Of a stretch of 64,000 bases of DNA, positions 37,613 through 48,109 are shown piece by piece. Each line of letters opens with the position of its first letter. Position 1 is the first letter of the stretch. Position numbers and translations under genes: made by a program. The stretch is from Bacteroidales bacterium. Lineage in GTDB: Bacteria > Bacteroidota > Bacteroidia > Bacteroidales > VadinHA17. The stretch covers positions 2,069 through 66,068 of the forward strand of contig WOYX01000009.1 in NCBI GenBank assembly GCA_011620595.1, in the 5' to 3' direction. Under the pieces are notes generated by a model. It had not been told where the DNA came from. It did no database searches and was given only the letters and a program-made list of their open reading frames with translations.

Positions 37613-37990
37613 ATGGCACGTATTAATGGGGTAGACCTACCGAGGAACAAGCAGGGCGAAATAGCTCTTACCTATATCTATGGCGTAGGACGCAGCACGG
37701 CACAGAAGGTGCTTGACAGTGCAGGCGTAGACCGTCACAAGAAGGTTGAAGAGTGGGATGACGATAACATCAACACCATCCGTCAGGTTTTGGCCGAAAA
37801 TTATAAACTGGAAGGCGAACTGCGCTCCGAAACACAGTTGAACATAAAAAGGCTGATGGACATCGGTTGCTACCGCGGTATCCGTCACCGTATAGGGCTT
37901 CCCGTGCGCGGTCAGAGCACCAAGAACAATGCCCGTACACGCAAGGGACGCAAGAAGACTGTTGCCAACAAGAAAAAAGCTACTAAATAA
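37613..37990 (+). CDS. rpsM: 30S ribosomal protein S13
   Basis: 125 aa, [10 protein letters not shown] is canonical. Confidence 0.97.
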   Translation: MARINGVDLPRNKQGEIALTYIYGVGRSTAQKVLDSAGVDRHKKVEEWDDDNINTIRQVLAENYKLEGELRSETQLNIKRLMDIGCYRGIRHRIGLPVRGQSTKNNARTRKGRKKTVANKKKATK

Positions 37991-37997
37991 TTAATAT

Positions 37998-38387
37998 ATG
38001 GCAAAGAAGACTGGTACACAGAAGAAGAAGGTCGTCAAGGTTGAACCGGTGGGGCAGGCTCACGTACATTCATCATTCAACAACATAATTATAAGCCTGA
38101 CAAACAGCTCAGGACAGGTTATATCATGGGCCTCAGCCGGTAAAATGGGCTTCAGGGGTTCCAAGAAAAATACTCCCTATGCTGCACAGATGGCAGCCGA
38201 AGAGTGCACCAAAGTCGCTTATGACCTGGGCCTTCGCAAGGTGAAGGTTTTTGTCAAGGGACCCGGATCAGGTCGCGAATCGGCTATCCGCTCCATAGCC
38301 AACAACGGAGTGGAGGTCACTGAGATCATTGATGTCACACCCATGCCTCATAACGGATGCCGCCCACCCTCACGCAGAAGAGTATAA
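37998..38387 (+). CDS. rpsK: 30S ribosomal protein S11
   Basis: 129 aa. The sequence is canonical. Confidence 0.97.
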   Translation: MAKKTGTQKKKVVKVEPVGQAHVHSSFNNIIISLTNSSGQVISWASAGKMGFRGSKKNTPYAAQMAAEECTKVAYDLGLRKVKVFVKGPGSGRESAIRSIANNGVEVTEIIDVTPMPHNGCRPPSRRRV

Positions 38388-38432
38388 AGGGCCCCAATTA
38401 TAATTTTTTATAACGAAAAACAGTTCAATTCA

Positions 38433-39041
38433 ATGGCAAGATACACAGGACCAAGATCAAAGATCGCCAGGAAATTCGGAGAGCCCATTTTCGGCCCTGA
38501 CAAAAACCTCGACAGGAAGAATTTTCCTCCCGGACAGCATGGCCTGACCAAGAAGAGAAAGAAGACCTCCGAGTATGGCGTGCAGCTTCGCGAAAAGCAG
38601 AAGGTGAAATATACCTACGGCCTGCTTGAACGTCAGTTCCGCAATTTTTTCGAGAAAGCCTCATCGGCTTCGGGCGTCACCGGCCTCTTGCTGCTCCAGA
38701 TGCTTGAATCACGCCTTGACAACGTGGTGTACCGCCTCGGCGTTGCCCCCACAAGAGCGGCAGCACGGCAGCTTGTGTCTCACCGTCACATAACCGTTAA
38801 CGGCAATGTGGTCAATATACCCTCTTACCAACTCCGCCCTGGTGATATCATAGGTGTGCGCGAGAAGTCAAAATCGCTCGAGACAATCATCCAGTCACTT
38901 GAGTCAAACCGCCGCTCAAGACTGGCATGGCTCGAATGGGATGATACACAGATGGCCGGAAAATTCATGAACGTCCCCGAACGTTCGGAGATACCCGAGG
39001 AGATCAAGGAACAGCTTATCGTTGAACTATATTCCAAGTAA
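38433..39041 (+). CDS. rpsD: 30S ribosomal protein S4
   Basis: 202 aa, [16 protein letters not shown] is canonical. Confidence 0.97.
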   Translation: MARYTGPRSKIARKFGEPIFGPDKNLDRKNFPPGQHGLTKKRKKTSEYGVQLREKQKVKYTYGLLERQFRNFFEKASSASGVTGLLLLQMLESRLDNVVYRLGVAPTRAAARQLVSHRHITVNGNVVNIPSYQLRPGDIIGVREKSKSLETIIQSLESNRRSRLAWLEWDDTQMAGKFMNVPERSEIPEEIKEQLIVELYSK

Positions 39042-39059
39042 TAAAGTAATACTATTCAT

Positions 39060-40052
39060 ATGGCCATATTAGCATTCCAGAAACCTGACAAAGTAATATT
39101 ACTGGAAGCGGACGACCAGTACGGAAAATTTGAATTCCGCCCGCTTGAACCCGGCTATGGCATAACAGTAGGTAATGCCCTCCGGAGAATCCTCCTCTCA
39201 TCACTCGAAGGCTATGCCATCACCACCATCAAGATCGAAGGTGTTGACCATGAGTTCTCAACCATCACCGGTGTCATGGAAGATGTGACTGAGATAATAC
39301 TGAACCTCAAGCAGGTGCGATTCAGAAAGATGGTAGAGGATATCGACAACGAAAAGATAGTCGTCAAACTGTCTGACCAGGAACAGTTCAAAGCCGGTGA
39401 CCTGAACAACTCTCTGAGCAGCTTCGAGGTGCTTAACCCCGAACTGGTCATCTGCCGTATGGAACCCGATGTCAAGTTGCAGATAGAACTCAATATCGGC
39501 AAGGGCAGGGGATACGTCCCGGCCGAGGAAAACCAGCCCGAAGAGGCTGAATTCGGAGTCATAGCCATTGACTCCATCTTCACGCCTATCCGCAATGTGA
39601 AATATTCCATTGACAACTACAGGGTTGAACAGAAGACCGACTACGAAAAGCTGATCCTGGAGATCACCACTGACGGTTCCATTCACCCGAAAGATGCCCT
39701 CAAGGAGGCGGCAAAGATACTTATATACCACTTCATGCTCTTCTCCGAAGACAAGATCACCATTGATTATGAAGATAAAATGGCCAATGAGGAGTTCGAT
39801 GAAGAGATACTCCATATGCGCCAACTTCTGAAAACCAAACTCGTTGACCTTGACCTCTCGGTCAGGGCACTCAACTGCCTCAAGGCAGCCGAGGTGGAGT
39901 CACTGGGCGACCTCGTCAAATTCAACAAGAATGACCTGCTCAAGTTCCGCAACTTCGGCAAGAAGTCACTCACCGAACTCGACGAGCTGCTGGAGACAAT
40001 GAATCTCTCATTCGGGATGGATGTGGCGAAATATAAACTCGACAAAGATTAA
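39060..40052 (+). CDS. rpoA: DNA-directed RNA polymerase subunit alpha
   Basis: 330 aa with NTD and CTD ([23 protein letters not shown]). Confidence 0.97.
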   Translation: MAILAFQKPDKVILLEADDQYGKFEFRPLEPGYGITVGNALRRILLSSLEGYAITTIKIEGVDHEFSTITGVMEDVTEIILNLKQVRFRKMVEDIDNEKIVVKLSDQEQFKAGDLNNSLSSFEVLNPELVICRMEPDVKLQIELNIGKGRGYVPAEENQPEEAEFGVIAIDSIFTPIRNVKYSIDNYRVEQKTDYEKLILEITTDGSIHPKDALKEAAKILIYHFMLFSEDKITIDYEDKMANEEFDEEILHMRQLLKTKLVDLDLSVRALNCLKAAEVESLGDLVKFNKNDLLKFRNFGKKSLTELDELLETMNLSFGMDVAKYKLDKD

Positions 40053-40074
40053 TAACAGGTAAGCAGAGAGAGAA

Positions 40075-40752
40075 ATGCGACATTTAAATGCTATAAATCA
40101 CCTTGGAAGAAAAAGTGCAGACAGGAAGGCCCTGCTTGCCAACATGGCATCATCACTAATTCTTCACAAGCGTATTACAACCACCACTGCAAAGGCACGC
40201 GCACTGAGAAGATATGTTGAGCCCCTTATTACAAAGTCAAAGGATGACTCAACCCATTCCCGCAGGGTGGTATTCAGTTATCTTGAAGACAAAAATGCCG
40301 TCTCTGAACTCTTCAGGGAGGTTGCCCCGCGTATTGCTGCCCGCCCGGGCGGTTATACCCGTATCCTTAAGACAGGAAGCAGACTGGGTGACTCTGCAGA
40401 GATGTGCATCATAGAGCTGGTCGACTTCAACGAGAACATGCTTGCTGCAGAGGACGCCAAGGTCAAAACCACACGCCGCCGCCGCAGTACGAAGAAAAAG
40501 GGTGCCGAGACAGCCGCCGCTGCTGCTGCCGTGACAAAAACCGGCGCTAAGGCTGAGAATGCCAGGGAGACCGCAGCTGCTACAGTGCCTGAGGATGTGA
40601 CAATACAGGAGCCGGTAGCAGACCGGGAATCCGTGAAGGCTGAAGAGCTGGCAGATGAGCAGGTGACTGACAGTGCAGAGGAGAGCGGGAACAAACCGGA
40701 AGAGGGACCTGAAGAGAATGCAGAGGAAACTGAAAACGAAGAGAAGGAATAA
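40075..40752 (+). CDS. rplQ: 50S ribosomal protein L17 with a ~100-aa Ala/Glu-rich C-terminal extension
   Basis: 225 aa. The first ~125 aa are a canonical L17 core ([21 protein letters not shown]...). The low-complexity tail is [18 protein letters not shown]...[13 protein letters not shown]. Confidence 0.93.
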   Translation: MRHLNAINHLGRKSADRKALLANMASSLILHKRITTTTAKARALRRYVEPLITKSKDDSTHSRRVVFSYLEDKNAVSELFREVAPRIAARPGGYTRILKTGSRLGDSAEMCIIELVDFNENMLAAEDAKVKTTRRRRSTKKKGAETAAAAAAVTKTGAKAENARETAAATVPEDVTIQEPVADRESVKAEELADEQVTDSAEESGNKPEEGPEENAEETENEEKE

Positions 40753-40772
40753 CATCATTTCATATAATGATT

Positions 40773-40809
40773 AAAGGGATACCGACTAACACTCATATCC
40801 CTTTTTTTT
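40773..40809 (+). terminator. Rho-independent terminator after rplQ
   Basis: A perfect 9-bp stem aaagggata / tatcccttt has a 14-nt loop and is followed by a T-run. Confidence 0.8.
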
Positions 40810-40841
40810 GTATCTTGCAAACCGATCATATTTAAACATAA

Positions 40842-42128
<1,287 letters not shown>

Positions 42129-42210
42129 CCCCCCATACGGCAGATGATACCGGTCGCTGCAGCAGCAGGGCTGACCCTACCTCAATGCCGGCGGTTGCTG
42201 AAACTGAGAC

Positions 42211-42244
42211 GAGGGTGGTATCTGACTTGCCACCTTCTTTTTTT
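42211..42244 (+). terminator. Rho-independent terminator after eno
   Basis: The stem gagggtgg / ccaccttc (one G-U pair) has an 11-nt loop and is followed by seven T. Confidence 0.7.
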
Positions 42245-42245
42245 A

Positions 42246-42253
42246 TATATTTG
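42246..42253 (+). promoter_or_regulatory. -7 promoter box TATATTTG for the UbiD-family gene
   Basis: An exact TAnnTTTG match 18 nt upstream of the ATG at 42271. Confidence 0.55.
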
Positions 42254-42270
42254 TGTAAACCTGTTTCTCA

Positions 42271-44160
42271 ATGTCCTTCAACGGTCTGGCCCAGTATGCA
42301 AGTTATCTCGATGACCGCGGTGACCTCACGCGAGTCCGTTGCCGTGTAAGTACGCTGCTTGAGATCACGGAGATTGCTGACCGGCTGGTGAAGAGCGGCG
42401 GAAAGGCGCTTTTTTTTGAGGATACCGGCACTGCCTTTCCACTGCTGATCAATGCCTTTGCCTCTGACAGCCGCATGGCCGCAGCCATGGGACGCAGTTC
42501 CCTCGATGATGCAGGTGAGGAGATCTTCTCACTCATAGATTCGGTGAGCGAGGCTCGCAGCCTCTACGGCAAGCTCTCAAAGCTGCCGCAGATGATGCGG
42601 CTCCTGCGGTTGGCTCCCGTCAGGAAGAGAGGGAGAGGCGAATGCCAGGAGGTGGTCGAAACGGTCCCTGACCTTGACACACTGCCTGTACTCAAATGCT
42701 GGCCGCATGATGCCGGCAGGTTTATCACACTGCCCCTGGTGCATACCAGGCACCCCGAGACGGGAAAGACCAATCTCGGGATGTACCGTATGCAGGTAAT
42801 GGGTAAGGATGTCACAGGCATGCACTGGCAACGGCACAAGACCGGCGCACGTCATTTTGAGGCGTGGAAGAAGAGGGGAGCGCGGATGCCTGTCACTGTC
42901 ACCCTGGGCGGTGACCCGGTGTATACCTATGCTTCCACGGCACCGCTACCGGAGGATATGAGCGAATATCTCCTGGCAGCCTTCCTGCGGCGCAGGAGGG
43001 TCACCCTCGTCAGATGCCTCACCAACGACCTCTGGGTACCGTCTGACTCTGATATTGTCATTGAAGGTTATGTAGACCCGGCGGAGCCCCCGGTGACGGA
43101 AGGACCTTTCGGTGACCACACAGGCTTCTATTCCCTCTCTGACCTCTATCCCCGGTTTCATGTCACCTGCATCACCCACCGCAGGAATGCCGTTTATCCC
43201 GCTACCGTCGTCGGCGTGCCTCCCATGGAAGATGCCTGGATGGGCAAGGCGACGGAGAAGATCTTCTTCGCCCCGATAAAGCTGGCCATAGCTCCCGAGA
43301 TCAGGGAGCTTCACATGCCGGTGGCAGGTGTGGCACATAACCTTGTGATTGTAAGTATAGAAAAGAGGTACCCGGGGCAGGGGATGAAGGTTCTCAGCGC
43401 CCTCTTCGGCGCCGGGCAGATGATGCTCAGCAAATACATCATTGTGGTCAGCAGCGGTGTCTCTGTCACTGACTACCTGGCGGTGGCCGAGGCTCTCTTC
43501 GGCAATGTGAGGTTTAATACAGACCTGCTGCTCACACGCGGTCCGCTTGATGTTCTCGATCACTCTTCCGACCGCTTCAGCATGGGAGGCAAGCTGGGTA
43601 TCGATGCAACTGTCAAACTCCCTGAGGAGCGCACCGGTGAGTACCACTCACTGCCCCTCTTTCCCCTGACCGATGACGATATCACCGGTGATATCATAAC
43701 CGGCATCAGGACTTTGGCAGAATATTCCCTGCCGGTAGCCGTGCTGACAATAAGAAAGCCGCCACAGGGTCTCGATATGCATCGCTTTGCAACCTCCCTG
43801 CCCCCCTCACTCACCATGTCCGGCACCGTCATTGTTGCCGTGGATGAGGGAGCAGATGCCGATGACCTCGGCATGGTCACCTGGCTTGTCACCGGCAACA
43901 GCGACCCCTCACGCGATCTCTACAGGCTCGACAGCGGGGCCCTCTTCATTGACGCCACCTTCAAAACACTCTCACTGCCGGCCTTCCCAAGAGAATGGCC
44001 CAACGTGGTCTGTTCCGACCAGGAGACCATAGAACTCGTTGACAGGAGATGGAGTGAATACGGTATCGGAGATTTTATTTCCTCTCCCTCACTGAGACTT
44101 CTGCCGCTGGTCAGGCCGGGCAAGGCATCTGTGGAGACAGTCAACAGCACGGCACGGTGA
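42271..44160 (+). CDS. UbiD-family (prenylated-FMN dependent) decarboxylase, long form; likely menaquinone biosynthesis decarboxylase
   Basis: 629 aa. Typical UbiD blocks are present: ALFFEDTG, TNLGMYRMQV, VTLGGDP and PFGDHTGFYS. An extra ~130 aa follows at the C-terminus. Confidence 0.85.
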   Translation: MSFNGLAQYASYLDDRGDLTRVRCRVSTLLEITEIADRLVKSGGKALFFEDTGTAFPLLINAFASDSRMAAAMGRSSLDDAGEEIFSLIDSVSEARSLYGKLSKLPQMMRLLRLAPVRKRGRGECQEVVETVPDLDTLPVLKCWPHDAGRFITLPLVHTRHPETGKTNLGMYRMQVMGKDVTGMHWQRHKTGARHFEAWKKRGARMPVTVTLGGDPVYTYASTAPLPEDMSEYLLAAFLRRRRVTLVRCLTNDLWVPSDSDIVIEGYVDPAEPPVTEGPFGDHTGFYSLSDLYPRFHVTCITHRRNAVYPATVVGVPPMEDAWMGKATEKIFFAPIKLAIAPEIRELHMPVAGVAHNLVIVSIEKRYPGQGMKVLSALFGAGQMMLSKYIIVVSSGVSVTDYLAVAEALFGNVRFNTDLLLTRGPLDVLDHSSDRFSMGGKLGIDATVKLPEERTGEYHSLPLFPLTDDDITGDIITGIRTLAEYSLPVAVLTIRKPPQGLDMHRFATSLPPSLTMSGTVIVAVDEGADADDLGMVTWLVTGNSDPSRDLYRLDSGALFIDATFKTLSLPAFPREWPNVVCSDQETIELVDRRWSEYGIGDFISSPSLRLLPLVRPGKASVETVNSTAR

Positions 44161-45137
44161 ACATCATGCTGCTCATAGCTGTCCTGCCTGCAATGGTACA
44201 GGGGGTGATGGATAACGCTGTCGTCAACTATCTTCTATGGGTCTTCATCGTGATAGCGGTCATCTACTTCGCTGTGCTTCAGTTCTGGGTGCTTGTGCGC
44301 ACCAGGAGGCACCTCAGTGAGATCAGCAAAGCATATGACGAGATTGATACTCAGAGGGCGGAGCTGCAACTGCGCAACAAGGACCTGACAGACAGTCTCA
44401 ACTATGCAAGGAGGATCCAGGCGGCACTGCTCCCCGCAGAGCATCATATCAACAAGATCTTCAGCGACTACTTCATCTATTACCGGCCCAAGCATATCGT
44501 CAGCGGCGATTTCTACTGGTTCAGTGAGAGAAACGGCAAATACTTCATCGCCGCTGCCGACTGTACGGGTCACGGTGTGCCGGGAGCACTGATGTCAATG
44601 ATAGGACTGGAACTGATACAGAAGATTATTACCGGGATGAAGGTTGACGACAGCGATCAGATTCTGCTGACCATGAACCGGGAGCTTGAGTCGGCCTTCT
44701 TCAGGGAGGAGAGCGGCAAGGCTCTGATACGTGACGGCATCGAGATGAGTATCTGTGTCATAGACCGCAGGACCAGGGAGATGGAGTTCTCCGGCGCCTT
44801 CCTGCCGGTTTATATTGTCCGTGATGACAAGCTCATCGAGATCAAGGGCGACAAGAAGAATGTTGTACAGTCGTTTGCCATGGTATCATTCAACCGCAGC
44901 ACCTTCAGGCTGCAGAAGGGTGACATACTGTACCTCTTCTCAGACGGCTATGCTGACCAGTTCGGTGGCCCGGAGAACAAGAAGTTCATGTACCGCAGGT
45001 TGAGGCACCTGTTGCTGACCATCAGCAAATACCCGCTGACCGACCAGGAGCGCATCATTGACGAGACCATAGTATCATGGATGGGCGACCATGATCAGAT
45101 TGATGACATGATGATCCTCGGGGTGAGGCCCTTCTGA
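44157..45137 (+). CDS. Membrane-anchored PP2C/SpoIIE-family serine phosphatase
   Basis: 326 aa. The GTG start overlaps the upstream stop (GTGA); the alternative start is ATG at 44166. It has an N-terminal TM, a coiled coil, SGDFYWF, ADCTGHGVPGALMSMIG and DGYADQFGG. Confidence 0.85.
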   Translation: MNIMLLIAVLPAMVQGVMDNAVVNYLLWVFIVIAVIYFAVLQFWVLVRTRRHLSEISKAYDEIDTQRAELQLRNKDLTDSLNYARRIQAALLPAEHHINKIFSDYFIYYRPKHIVSGDFYWFSERNGKYFIAAADCTGHGVPGALMSMIGLELIQKIITGMKVDDSDQILLTMNRELESAFFREESGKALIRDGIEMSICVIDRRTREMEFSGAFLPVYIVRDDKLIEIKGDKKNVVQSFAMVSFNRSTFRLQKGDILYLFSDGYADQFGGPENKKFMYRRLRHLLLTISKYPLTDQERIIDETIVSWMGDHDQIDDMMILGVRPF

Positions 45138-45139
45138 TT

Positions 45140-46498
45140 TCAGACCAGGGCAGTGATCTTCTCAATGAGCAACTCGGGGTCTATCGGCTTGCTGATGTAA
45201 TCATCCATGCCCACTGCCAGGCACTGCTCCCTGTCGCCCAGCATGGCATTGGCGGTGATGGCAATGATGGGAACATGCATGCGGGTGCTCATCTCCAGAC
45301 CCCTGATCTTGTCGGCAGCCACCAGCCCGTTCATCACAGGCATCTGTACATCCATAAGTATCAGGTCATATTTCGAGGTACCGAACATATCCAGCGCTTC
45401 CTTGCCGTTGCGGGCTGTCTCTAAGCGTCTGACCAGAGGTTCAAGCATCAGCTGGGTGATGCGCAGGTTGATGGGATTGTCCTCCACAAGCAGTATGGAG
45501 AGCTCCTTAAGCTCTTTCCTCTCCTTGACTCCCGACATTTCCTTCATCAGTGCGCTGGCAGCAGCAGGATGCTCTACCCTGTCTGCCCTCCGCAGGTTAA
45601 CGTAAAATACGAAATAGGATCCGGAGCCGGCGGTGGCCTCTTTCCAGCTGCCCCCGGACTCGCTTATAAGCTTTCCGGAGAGGGGCCACGGCTGGCGTCC
45701 CTCACCGATGAAGACCACCGGGTTGTTTGTTGACAGGGTAAATTCAACCTTCTGCATGCCGTCACGTTCACCCACCTCCCTGGCCTGTATCTTGACAGTG
45801 ACCTTGCCCGAGGATGCGGAGATGGCGGCACTGAGAAGATCTATCAGTATCTGCTTGATAATGATGGGATCACCGTTGTACTCCGTCTCCCCCTCACCCT
45901 TGTCATCATACAGTATGAGGCTCTGGTAATGCTTCCTGTTAAGCTTCATCAGCCCGATGGTATCATGGATGATCGGTCCCAGCCGGAAGCGTATGTCACC
46001 CTTCCTCTCAAAGGTGATGTTGCCTGCTGTCTCCATGGTCAGATCATTGACAACATCCACCATGGTCCCGGTGGAGGCAACAAAGGTCTCAACAAGCTCC
46101 TGCTGCCTGGCGGAGGCGGCTGTCTCACTGAGCATGCTACCCAGAAGTACAAGGTTGTTCAGCGGCTCTCTTATCTTGTGCGAAAATGAATTGATGACAT
46201 CCTCGTTCCTCTCGGCTATCGATGACATCTCATTGATGATCGACCGGCTGTCGGCTATCAGCCGACGTATCTCAAGAACAGAAAGTGCCAGCGGCACCAC
46301 AGCGAGAACGCCGGCTGCCATAGGTACCCAGACCAGCCCCGCAATGGCCGTGGAGATAGCTATGATCACCAGCAGCAGGGCCACGGCAACAGGAAACAGT
46401 ATCCTGTCCCTCGTCCTTCGCATCATCAGTTCAGAATGCGTAACCGACACAGGTTTTGATACTTTTGGCATAATGCGGGCACAGTAGGGATATGACAC
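45140..46498 (-). CDS. Hybrid sensor histidine kinase / response regulator with a divergent ATP-binding domain
   Basis: 452 aa with 2 TMs. The H-box is FSHKIREPLNNL. The N-box-like stretch is IKQILIDLLSAAISAS. The C-terminal REC domain has ILLVEDN...DLILMDVQMP...ISKP. Confidence 0.8.
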   Translation of the reverse strand: MSYPYCARIMPKVSKPVSVTHSELMMRRTRDRILFPVAVALLLVIIAISTAIAGLVWVPMAAGVLAVVPLALSVLEIRRLIADSRSIINEMSSIAERNEDVINSFSHKIREPLNNLVLLGSMLSETAASARQQELVETFVASTGTMVDVVNDLTMETAGNITFERKGDIRFRLGPIIHDTIGLMKLNRKHYQSLILYDDKGEGETEYNGDPIIIKQILIDLLSAAISASSGKVTVKIQAREVGERDGMQKVEFTLSTNNPVVFIGEGRQPWPLSGKLISESGGSWKEATAGSGSYFVFYVNLRRADRVEHPAAASALMKEMSGVKERKELKELSILLVEDNPINLRITQLMLEPLVRRLETARNGKEALDMFGTSKYDLILMDVQMPVMNGLVAADKIRGLEMSTRMHVPIIAITANAMLGDREQCLAVGMDDYISKPIDPELLIEKITALV

Positions 46499-46560
46499 TC
46501 AAATATACATGAATTTATATAAAGATAAAGCCGGGGTTGCTATCAGTATGCATAAAAGAT

Positions 46561-46568
46561 TATTTTTG
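46561..46568 (+). promoter_or_regulatory. -7 promoter box TATTTTTG
   Basis: An exact TAnnTTTG match 44 nt upstream of the ATG at 46612. Confidence 0.5.
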
Positions 46569-46611
46569 CCTTACGGTACAATTTTTGAGGAGGAATCCAA
46601 AAAGGAGTGTG

Positions 46612-47355
46612 ATGAAAAGGAGCATGATGACGCTGATTGCCGTACTTGTTGCCGCAGGCATTTCATGGGCACAGGAGAGGGATACCCTTGTTGCATATAC
46701 TCCCGACTTCAAATTCAGGGACGGCATCTACCTGAACTTCGACCAGGTCAAAAGTAACAGCCCCATACCCAAGGCCAAACTCTTCACATCGGTTGACTAC
46801 AATGACAAGGACTTCTTTGACAAGGTGCTTGCCTCCGAAAAGATATATTTCTATGACAACATGGGTGTCAGACAGGAGATCGCACAGGATGAGATATGGG
46901 GCTTTGCCCGTAACGGAGTCCTCTATGTGAGGGTGCAGGGCGCCTACAACCGCATAACATTTTTCGGGTCAATCATCCACTTTGTGGCTGATGTCACCAC
47001 CACCTCACCGGGAAACTACCCGTACAATTACTACGACCCCTACTACTCGCCTTACAGGTCATACTACTCACCTTACTACTACAGTCCCTACGGAAGCTAC
47101 TATGACCCCTACGGGTACGGATACCCATACAGCCGCAACACCACCAGGACGGACCTCCAGATGTATATGATAGATTTCGAGACCGGAAAGGTTTATGAAT
47201 ACGACCTGAAGAATCTTGAGGCACTGCTTATGCGTGACCCTGAGCTCTATGAGGAGTTCGTATCAATGCGAAACAAGAATCAGAAGAAGATGATGTTCGT
47301 TTACCTGAGGAAGTTCAATGAGAGAAATCCCGTTTTGCTTCCTTCCGGCAGATAG
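46612..47355 (+). CDS. Secreted protein with a Tyr/Pro-rich low-complexity segment, function unknown
   Basis: The internal ATG gives MKRSMMTLIAVLVAAGISWAQ (a signal peptide). The low-complexity segment is NYPYNYYDPYYSPYRSYYSPYYYSPYGSYYDPYGYGYPYS. Confidence 0.6.
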   Translation: MKRSMMTLIAVLVAAGISWAQERDTLVAYTPDFKFRDGIYLNFDQVKSNSPIPKAKLFTSVDYNDKDFFDKVLASEKIYFYDNMGVRQEIAQDEIWGFARNGVLYVRVQGAYNRITFFGSIIHFVADVTTTSPGNYPYNYYDPYYSPYRSYYSPYYYSPYGSYYDPYGYGYPYSRNTTRTDLQMYMIDFETGKVYEYDLKNLEALLMRDPELYEEFVSMRNKNQKKMMFVYLRKFNERNPVLLPSGR

Positions 47356-47420
47356 TGCAGTTTTTGATACAGAATCATGCATCATTTTTACTCAGCCCCC
47401 GTCTTTTAAAAAAAAGCCAG

Positions 47421-47777
47421 ATGGAAGAGATCAAAACATACACACAATCGGAACGCGACTGGGCAATGTTCTGCCACCTGTCGGCATTTGCCGGCTACTT
47501 TTTTCCCTTCGGCGGGATTATCGGCCCGATAATCTGCTGGATCTCCCGCAAGGATGAATCGGAATGGGTCAATGCCAACGGTAAGTCTTCACTGAACTTT
47601 CAGATATCAATTCTGCTCTATACCGTACTGGCAATACCTCTCTGCCTCATCATCGTGGGGATACCCATACTGCTGGCTCTCGTGGTGCTGGAGTTCATCT
47701 GCGTTATCATTGCCAGTATCAAGGCTGCAAAGGGAGAAGTCTTTAAATACCCGCTCTCCATACCTTTCATACAATAG
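47421..47777 (+). CDS. Small membrane protein, DUF4870-like
   Basis: The internal ATG gives MEEIKTYTQSERDWAMFCHLSAFAGYFFPFGGIIGPIICWISRKDES, followed by more TMs. That pattern is typical of this family. Confidence 0.65.
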   Translation: MEEIKTYTQSERDWAMFCHLSAFAGYFFPFGGIIGPIICWISRKDESEWVNANGKSSLNFQISILLYTVLAIPLCLIIVGIPILLALVVLEFICVIIASIKAAKGEVFKYPLSIPFIQ

Positions 47778-47976
47778 TTAATACTCAGCAGCCCGCCTCA
47801 TCATCATCCCGGCAGAGCATGCAGGGTCTTGGTGATTCTTACCCTGAAGCCAGGCACTTCTTTACACCCGGCCGACTGCCGTCTACAATACTATTTGGCC
47901 TACGGCCTATTATTAGCTGTCGTCTGTAATGCCTTAAGACCCCCATACGCCTACCTGCTATCGGGGCAGGATCTAC

Positions 47977-48018
47977 GACTGAGGACTGCTGACTGAAGAC
48001 TGCCGACTGAAGACTGCC
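47977..48018. repeat. 3 x 14-nt tandem repeat (gactgaRgactgcY)
   Basis: The units are 47977-47990 gactgaggactgct, 47991-48004 gactgaagactgcc and 48005-48018 gactgaagactgcc. They lie inside a ~330-nt non-coding spacer. Confidence 0.8.
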
Positions 48019-48083
48019 TGCCTGCAGCCCGCAACGCGGAGAAATGATACGAAGAATCATTTCCTATCATACGCACCTTTTTC

Positions 48084-48091
48084 TATTTTTG
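48084..48091 (+). promoter_or_regulatory. -7 promoter box TATTTTTG for hisS
   Basis: An exact TAnnTTTG match 19 nt upstream of the ATG at 48110. Confidence 0.55.
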
Positions 48092-48109
48092 TCGGGAAAT
48101 ATATCCGAC

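Noticed and set aside
47839-48060. 73-aa minus-strand ORF in the spacer upstream of hisS
   Set aside because: It has no promoter box, no start context and no recognisable features. It runs through the tandem repeat and is most likely a non-coding spacer.
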